From IMG/VR virus record IMGVR_UViG_2778261505_000002: a DNA stretch of 64,000 bases, one strand, 5' to 3'. The position numbers and the translations under genes were made by a program. A model generated the notes under the pieces. The model searched no databases, was not told where the DNA came from, and saw only the letters and a list, made by a program, of their open reading frames with translations. This DNA comes from a virus (taxonomy: Duplodnaviria > Heunggongvirae > Uroviricota > Caudoviricetes). This document shows, piece by piece, positions 57,839-64,000 of the stretch; position 1 is the first letter of the stretch; every line of letters begins with the position of its first letter.

Positions 57839-58311
57839 AGATGATAGCTGCTGTTGGCCGTAACTATGAGATCGGCATAGCGAACGAACTGCCCTGGCGT
57901 TGTTCTACCGATCTGAAGCTATTTAAGAGACTCACCAAAAACGCCACTGTCGTTATGGGGCGTAAAACGATGGAAAGTCTCAAACGCCCTCTTCCAGAGC
58001 GTCATAACCTCGTTTTGACGCGCTCTCATGGCTTTGTACCAAATGGATTCTACCCTGCTGGTGTGGATGATGTGTTGCGATTACCAGAGCCTGTGTGGGT
58101 GATTGGCGGGGAACAAATTTACTCGCTATTCATGCCGCATGTTGAAGAGATTTGGCTCTCCCACATCGGCGTTGATGTGCCAAACGCCGATGCATTCTTC
58201 CCGGCAAGCATGATGCGTAATTTAGGCTTTGTGCCTGTTGAAACAGCTTATACCCAACGAGCCAGCGAGGAAGAGCCTGGCTTTTCGCAGATCGTATACA
58301 GAAGGTCGTAA
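57835..58311 (+). CDS. Dihydrofolate reductase
   Basis: DHFR motifs (IAAVGRN...LPW, VVMGRKTMESL, VWVIGGEQIY); 158 aa. Confidence 0.85.
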   Translation: MKMIAAVGRNYEIGIANELPWRCSTDLKLFKRLTKNATVVMGRKTMESLKRPLPERHNLVLTRSHGFVPNGFYPAGVDDVLRLPEPVWVIGGEQIYSLFMPHVEEIWLSHIGVDVPNADAFFPASMMRNLGFVPVETAYTQRASEEEPGFSQIVYRRS

Positions 58312-58955
58312 TGGATTACCGGATTGGGATCACTGGTGCTCAGGGCAGTGGGAAAACAACCCTGGCTAAATATATCGACAAACATTACGGAATCCCTTAC
58401 GTGGATGCTGGTGTCGGAAGTTTGATGAGCCGCCTCGGTGTTCGAGTAAGTGATTCTATGCCTCTATATGAGCGGCTTCAGATTCAAATGGAAATAGCAA
58501 AGCATATAGAGCTACTTACGCGTGGTGCTGAAGGCTTTGTTATCGATCGCACACCTGCTGATGTTATGGCCTACACGTTGGATTTGGTCGGCCATACAAA
58601 TGAAGATCGGTGTATTGAGTTAGCCCTCGATATCGAAAAGTTTTGCCACAAAACTGCTATTTCAAACTTTAACGCCATTGCTGGCCTACGCCCGGGGGTC
58701 GCTCTCTCAGAGCGAGATTACTTGCGGTCACAACGAGCATCATTAGACCGTCTGTATGTCGCTCGTATTGATGCGTTGATGTGCGGGGAACTGACAAAAA
58801 TTCACCTGCATCCGCAAAGGGGAGATCTGCAAACCTTCGTCGTTTCCAACCGGTATCGCACAGTTGAAGCAAGAGCCAGATCAGTGATGAGAATGCTAGA
58901 TAACGCTGTAGAAAAGATAGAAAACCGGTTCTGTGGCCGAGTGACCGTTCATTAG
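58311..58955 (+). CDS. P-loop kinase (putative nucleoside/nucleotide kinase)
   Basis: N-terminal Walker A (GITGAQGSGKTTLA); size and context within the nucleotide-metabolism cluster. Confidence 0.5.
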   Translation: MDYRIGITGAQGSGKTTLAKYIDKHYGIPYVDAGVGSLMSRLGVRVSDSMPLYERLQIQMEIAKHIELLTRGAEGFVIDRTPADVMAYTLDLVGHTNEDRCIELALDIEKFCHKTAISNFNAIAGLRPGVALSERDYLRSQRASLDRLYVARIDALMCGELTKIHLHPQRGDLQTFVVSNRYRTVEARARSVMRMLDNAVEKIENRFCGRVTVH

Positions 58956-59016
58956 AAATTGTTCGCCTCTTCGACATTGCGACAATAAAACTCTCAAAAT
59001 GGGTTAAGGATAAAAA

Positions 59017-59436
59017 ATGTTTAGTGAAATGTTGCTTGAAGATGAACTGGATCGGAAAACAACAGAGGCTTTGATTCGTGTAGCGGACGAACATTCCCGG
59101 TCGCTTATGAGCGATCGAGAGGCTCGTCTGGCTATTCGTGCCATATTCGAAACTGCGCAGGGGCTTGTTGGTACACAAGTGGGTGAAGCCATTAACATCG
59201 CCATGTCTCAGTTCAGTGAAGGCAGTAAAAAGCCTCTGTTTCCTATGCATTTGATGCTGGCTGGTGGCACGGTGCTTTATATCTCTGTTTGTCTGGATAG
59301 CAACCAAATCAATATTCTCAACACTGTGTCAGGTAAGTGGAAAGATCCGATTGTCTGTGAAACCAGTGAAGAAACTTTGAAAAAAGCGGCTCAATTTGTA
59401 CGTAGCGCACTACTTAAGGGCGCTAAGAAGTTGTAA
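59017..59436 (+). CDS. Hypothetical protein
   Basis: 139-aa ORF. Confidence 0.4.
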   Translation: MFSEMLLEDELDRKTTEALIRVADEHSRSLMSDREARLAIRAIFETAQGLVGTQVGEAINIAMSQFSEGSKKPLFPMHLMLAGGTVLYISVCLDSNQINILNTVSGKWKDPIVCETSEETLKKAAQFVRSALLKGAKKL

Positions 59437-59445
59437 GGAGTTCTG

Positions 59446-60003
59446 ATGACAACGATTGTTGCAGGCATCGATATCGAGTCTACGGGACTGGATTTCCTTG
59501 CTGGTCATAAAATTATTGAAATCGCAATTACCCGCTATGAACTGGAGACACAGAGACATATTGATAGTCTGGAGATGCGTTTTAACCCTCGCAGAAACAT
59601 AGATCCGAAAGCTCAAGCCGTTCATGGCATTTCATTGGAACAGCTCGCAGCTGAACCTTTGTTGTCAAATCATGCCAGCGAAATTGGCGCTTATATGGGG
59701 GCATGTAGTGTGTGGGTTGCTCATAACGGCGAAGCATTTGATATACCATTTATTCGACACGAGTTTTCAGGGTATGGAGTAAGACTGCCAGAAGTTCCTG
59801 TTATAGATACTATGTTATCGGGATTTTGGGCCACAGAAGACGGTAAACGTCCCCGCCTTGAAGAGTTGGCCTTCTCTCTTGGCTTTATATACGATCATGC
59901 CAAAGCACATAGTGCCTTATATGACACAAACTTAATGATGCAATGCTTCTTTAAGGCACGTAATAAGTACGGATTTTTTAAATTACCCTCTGAAATTGTG
60001 TAA
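59446..60003 (+). CDS. DnaQ-like 3'-5' exonuclease (DEDDh family)
   Basis: Exo I (GIDIESTGL), Exo II (VAHNGEAFDIPFI), Exo III (HSALYDT) motifs. Confidence 0.8.
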   Translation: MTTIVAGIDIESTGLDFLAGHKIIEIAITRYELETQRHIDSLEMRFNPRRNIDPKAQAVHGISLEQLAAEPLLSNHASEIGAYMGACSVWVAHNGEAFDIPFIRHEFSGYGVRLPEVPVIDTMLSGFWATEDGKRPRLEELAFSLGFIYDHAKAHSALYDTNLMMQCFFKARNKYGFFKLPSEIV

Positions 60004-60007
60004 AACA

Positions 60008-60046
60008 AAAGCCTACTTTAAAAAGTTTAAAGTAGGCTTTCTTTTA
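60008..60046 (+). terminator. Rho-independent terminator
   Basis: AAAGCCTACTTTAAA-AAG-TTTAAAGTAGGCTTT followed by CTTTT. Confidence 0.8.
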
Positions 60047-60161
60047 AAGAACAGTCGCCTTTCAATCATTTCCTGCCTGTATTTAATACTTTTCCGCCTG
60101 ATAGGTTTAGTCAAAATGCAGCCATCGAAACGCAAATGTAACCAAACAGAAGGAGACTTAC

Positions 60162-60971
60162 ATGAGTTCGGTTGAAAATGTAATGACAAATGATGATCTG
60201 GACGAGCTGACAGCCATGTTGCAATCACTTGATGAACCAGTAAAAAAAGCTGCACAGGTTGAAAATACTGATGATATTGACGATCTGCTGCTCGGCCTAG
60301 ATGCTGGCGTAGCCATGAGTTCTGATGATGTTGCCGAAGAACTGTTCAATGAAGAAAAAGCAGGTGATTTCAGCTCTGCTTTAAATGAGTTGGAGTTAGC
60401 GCATGAGCCTATAAACGTAATTAACGCTGAAAGTGTTGAAGCTGCCGAAAACGAGCCAGAACAATTGGGATTTATTGAGGTTGAAGAGTGTGTTGAGGTT
60501 AATGATGAATTAAAAGTTCAACAGTCAAATGATAGCAATACAAATAAAAAAGCTCGTACTGCAAGAGGTCCTCGTTTTACTTTAAGTGATAAAGATGATT
60601 CGTTTTTCAATAAAGCGGGCTTAGAAAAAGATATTTTCTTAGACGCTTACGATAACGCGCCTGTCAAAGCAAAGGATAAGATATTAAACCTTCTTAATTG
60701 GTTTAGCGGAGGTCCAGATATTAGTGTTTACACGGTAATTTCCATGAGACACCTTCTCACAGAAAAGAAGGCTACAAGTAATAGTATTAAGATTGCTTTA
60801 ATGAGCAATCCAGAAAAACCGTATCCGCTTAATACTGCGTCAACTCAGGCTGGGCAAATGATGGCTGTATTTCCAGCGACAGGAATTGCCGTTAGAGACG
60901 GTGGAAATCTAACATTGAACGAAGAATCACCGATCGTTAAGAAGTTTGTCGCGGAGTACACTATTGGATGA
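60162..60971 (+). CDS. Hypothetical protein with strongly acidic N-terminal half
   Basis: 269 aa; D/E-rich N-terminal ~110 aa; immediately upstream of the Dam-family MTase gene. Confidence 0.45.
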   Translation: MSSVENVMTNDDLDELTAMLQSLDEPVKKAAQVENTDDIDDLLLGLDAGVAMSSDDVAEELFNEEKAGDFSSALNELELAHEPINVINAESVEAAENEPEQLGFIEVEECVEVNDELKVQQSNDSNTNKKARTARGPRFTLSDKDDSFFNKAGLEKDIFLDAYDNAPVKAKDKILNLLNWFSGGPDISVYTVISMRHLLTEKKATSNSIKIALMSNPEKPYPLNTASTQAGQMMAVFPATGIAVRDGGNLTLNEESPIVKKFVAEYTIG

Positions 60972-61154
60972 CGTTCCCCTACTTAAAATAAAGCCCATAG
61001 AGAGCTTTATAGTACTGGGTAAGCCAATCACATACCCAGCACCACAAAAACGCGCTAGAGAGCTTCTCGTTTGCATTTCTGGCGCGTTTTATTTGATTGC
61101 CAGACATAAAATCAAATGCAAAAATAGGTATATACTTACCTATCGAGAAAGAAG

Positions 61155-61748
61155 ATGATTGCAGCCGAAAAAATCAAACAGCGAAAGCGCGACAACTCTC
61201 TTCGTGACCTCTGGAGAACACCTGACTGGCTGTTTTCTGCCATTCAACGTTATCTTGGAGTGACATTTGATGTTGACGTTGCCTGCAACAAGGACAATGC
61301 AAAGCTGCCTAATTTCATAGGCGTTGAGCGTGATGCTTTGAAATCTGAATGGGGACAGCCAGGTACAATTGCCTTCCTCAATCCACCCTACTCCAAAATC
61401 TACCCCTGGATTGATGCGGCTATACGTGAGCAGGCTCGCGGAGTTACAACAGTGATGCTAATTCCTCAATCCCTAGATACAAAGTGGTATGAGCGTGCAA
61501 CAGAGTGTGCGAATGAGACGATTATTCTGTCTGGTGGCCGCGTAGCGTTTGTCGAGCCTGACGTAAATCTGGGGCAGGTAGAAGTAAACATCAACCCAGG
61601 TGGCAGTATGCTCGTTGTTTTTCGAGGATTCTGTCAGGACGCTGGGCACTCTATAAGCAAGATCCCTTTGGACGTCATGAAAAGTCTGGGAGGGTATGAT
61701 CCTGCGAATGTGATCAGGAAAAAAAGACCATCAAAGAAGGCTGCTTAG
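61155..61748 (+). CDS. DNA N6-adenine methyltransferase (phage Dam family)
   Basis: Catalytic NPPY motif (IAFLNPPYSKIYPW) and T1-Dam-like architecture; 197 aa. Confidence 0.8.
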   Translation: MIAAEKIKQRKRDNSLRDLWRTPDWLFSAIQRYLGVTFDVDVACNKDNAKLPNFIGVERDALKSEWGQPGTIAFLNPPYSKIYPWIDAAIREQARGVTTVMLIPQSLDTKWYERATECANETIILSGGRVAFVEPDVNLGQVEVNINPGGSMLVVFRGFCQDAGHSISKIPLDVMKSLGGYDPANVIRKKRPSKKAA

Positions 61749-61769
61749 TTTGTTCTGGCGTCTGTAATT

Positions 61770-61825
61770 AGCCTGCTTCTGTATATATAAATAACTACAT
61801 ATTAATTATTAATATACGGAAGAAG
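61770..61825. repeat. Second copy of the large palindrome (CTTCTGTATATAT ... ATATACGGAAG)
   Basis: Near-identical in arms and AT-rich core to the element at 15838-15892. Confidence 0.65.
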
Positions 61826-61933
61826 GCTGTTTTGTATCAGAGACTCCAGACCTGAACATCACTACAGAATCCACTAGAACCCCTTCCCAGACGCTTTAAA
61901 ATCGATTTTATGAACCACTTTAAGGAAACCAAC

Positions 61934-62164
61934 ATGTCATACCCGACTAATGTCGTTGCGCTCGTAGAGAGCGATTTTCTGGCCCAGGCTCGTGAAATGA
62001 TGAAAGATCGTGAGCAGGCTTTCAACTTGTACGAATGGGCAATTAAGTGCTTGCATCTTGGCGAGCATCGCGAACTTGTTGAACAGCTTTTAGGTGAGTT
62101 GATCAATGAGGTGTTTGCCTTGAATGTTCAACTACATGGTAGAGAAAATAATCAATCACAATGA
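61934..62164 (+). CDS. Hypothetical small protein
   Basis: Start at ATG after AAGGAAAC (track ORF begins at 61910). Confidence 0.4.
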   Translation: MSYPTNVVALVESDFLAQAREMMKDREQAFNLYEWAIKCLHLGEHRELVEQLLGELINEVFALNVQLHGRENNQSQ

Positions 62165-62747
62165 TAGATAAGTACAAACTATTCATAAAGTGAATTGTAA
62201 GTGCTAAGATCTGATAGTTTCCAGTCGTAGACTGGAGACTCGACCTGATGGGTGGGGGTAAGCGTCACTGGCGTCAGGTTTAAAAAAAGCTCACTACCAG
62301 CGTAGAACTGGTGCCGTTTAGGTGTCGGGGAAGGGGGAACCAAAGTGAGCAGAGACAAGGGTCACTTTATGATTGTCGAGTCTGGGGTGTTTCGAGAGGT
62401 TGAATCCAGTACTCCCCTTCATAAAGTGTGGGAAGATCTCGGTTCTGGGGTGCTGTCATCCATAACTTCCCAAGTCTAAGCTGGCAGTAGACTTAGACCA
62501 TAACTTTTCAGGTTATGAAACGACCAGGTTGGTGAGAGATTTTTATACTCACCTCCCTGGGAGAGTATTACCTGAAAAGACAACCTCTCACTTCGTTCGA
62601 GGTGAACTTCACTCACTTCGTTCGTTCAGTTCAGGTTTATAAAAACCTGTTCTGGGAAGTAATTTGTTTATTTTAATAATTATTAACACGCACGCGTGTG
62701 CGCACGCGCGAGGAAAAATCGGCGCGGCGCTTGATTCAGGAGTTTAT

Positions 62748-63338
62748 ATGACGACGAAGACACCAGCCCGATCGCAAGCAAAAACTCGCAAAAAAGCCAA
62801 AAACAAAAATTCCCCCCGCACCAATCCCACAACGCCTGTCGTAGAGTTCAATCCCCAGCTTAAAACCGTGAAAATCTTTAGTGATGGCTCTTGCCTTAAA
62901 AATCCGGGTGGCCCGGGCGGTTACGGTATCGTTCTCCAGTATCGTGGTGAGGAACGCGAGTTCTCAGATGGTTTTCATAGCACCACCAATAACCGCATGG
63001 AGATGATGGGGGCACTTATCGGGCTGGAGCGTTTGAAATATCCATGCAACGTTATTTTGCACTCTGATAGCCAGTATCTGAAAAACGGCATGACACAGTG
63101 GATGAAATGGTGGAAACGCAATGGATGGATGACTTCTGACAAAAAACCAGTAAAGAATGTTGATCTGTGGAAGCGTCTGGATGAGGCCGCAAGTCGACAT
63201 AATGTTCGCTGGAAGTGGGTTAAAGGTCACGCCGGGCATCGTGAAAATGAAATATGTGATCGACTCGCGAAGATCGCAGCTTTTTCAGCAGCAGATATGC
63301 CTCACAAGAAAGATATTGGTTTTGTTTATAATAAATAG
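62748..63338 (+). CDS. rnhA: Ribonuclease HI with a basic N-terminal extension
   Basis: [60 protein letters not shown] closely match the enterobacterial RnhA motifs as I recall them; start set at ATG after GGAG (track ORF begins at 62664). Confidence 0.85.
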   Translation: MTTKTPARSQAKTRKKAKNKNSPRTNPTTPVVEFNPQLKTVKIFSDGSCLKNPGGPGGYGIVLQYRGEEREFSDGFHSTTNNRMEMMGALIGLERLKYPCNVILHSDSQYLKNGMTQWMKWWKRNGWMTSDKKPVKNVDLWKRLDEAASRHNVRWKWVKGHAGHRENEICDRLAKIAAFSAADMPHKKDIGFVYNK

Positions 63339-63486
63339 TAAGTAAGTGTTTACCTATCATTTTAAATCATGTATCTTATCGGCGTCAGGATGACAATGTG
63401 TCGGTAAGACACAGTTCCAGGATGGAACGAGAAAGGCGGCTGGCAATCGCCAGCCGCAACTCTTTCTGACACTGGATGGAGTCCAC

Positions 63487-63981
63487 ATGGCACGTCAAAC
63501 CTATTTCACTTCTGTAACTAAACGTCCTCGTTCTTTACGTCAAATTTTGGCCGAATTATTTAGCGGTCGGGTTATGTCACGCCTTGATGAACTAGAGACT
63601 ACCGTTCGGTTGCTGAATGAACGTTTAGATAATCAAGCGTCAGTTGTTGCGAACGTGGGGGCGATTGTTGCCTCTGGTTCTTCACGCGAAGCGAAAAATG
63701 CACGGCCTTTAGTGAAGGAGAAAAACAACAAGGACAGTTCGAATGGAAAATTTTCAAAGAAAGAGGCTGAAACCAATGGCCTACGTTCTCATTATAGTTT
63801 CACTGGCGACGGTAGCCGTTCCAGCCGGTCAGAGCCTTTTGATGCCGGATTCATCCATCACCACACCTTCGTCGACGACAATTACCACCACTCCAGTGGA
63901 GCGTCCTGTCACTCTGGATGGGATGGCGGTGGATGCGATACCTCAAGTTCATCCAGTTACTCAGGATCATGCTGTGACTAA
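63487..63981 (+). CDS. Hypothetical protein with Ser/Cys-rich C-terminus
   Basis: 164-aa ORF near the window edge; an alternative-frame ORF (63743-63994) with a TM helix overlaps it, so the true frame is uncertain. Confidence 0.3.
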   Translation: MARQTYFTSVTKRPRSLRQILAELFSGRVMSRLDELETTVRLLNERLDNQASVVANVGAIVASGSSREAKNARPLVKEKNNKDSSNGKFSKKEAETNGLRSHYSFTGDGSRSSRSEPFDAGFIHHHTFVDDNYHHSSGASCHSGWDGGGCDTSSSSSYSGSCCD

Positions 63982-64000
63982 GGCGGTTGTATGAACTGGT

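Noticed and set aside
63743-63994. 83-aa ORF with a TM helix overlapping the last gene in another frame
   Set aside because: Not excluded: it could be the true gene instead of 63487-63981, but the window ends here and neither frame has decisive support

Overview
Dense, almost entirely plus-strand coding window that reads as a tailed-phage genome carrying a plasmid-type maintenance backbone, i.e. a phage-plasmid (gene content resembles SSU5/pHCM2-like elements of Enterobacteriaceae; this is inference from memory, not a database result). Order: lambda-like tail tip module (gpK/gpI/gpJ-like) and a 1383-aa tail fibre with C-terminal intramolecular chaperone; a small lipoprotein; a lysis cassette with overlapping Rz/Rz1 spanins; a GNAT/RHH toxin-antitoxin pair; a ParA/small-ParB partition module; a GIY-YIG protein; replication genes (DnaB-like helicase, primase, ATP-dependent ligase, DnaE-type Pol III alpha, gp32-like SSB, flap endonuclease, RecA-like recombinase, SbcCD, RuvC-like resolvase, DnaQ-like exonuclease, RNase HI); four tRNAs; glutaredoxin, tyrosine recombinase and a divergent XRE regulator; a CobT-like vWA / CobS-like AAA+ pair; nucleotide metabolism (NrdA/NrdB, ThyA, DHFR, P-loop kinase); a Dam-family MTase; and a P1-like replicon (RepA-like initiator flanked by two iteron arrays plus a GATC-rich region with a DnaA-box-like site). 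Two recurring palindromic intergenic motifs and a family of near-identical terminator hairpins are directly visible. All functional calls are from motif recognition by eye; no searches were run.
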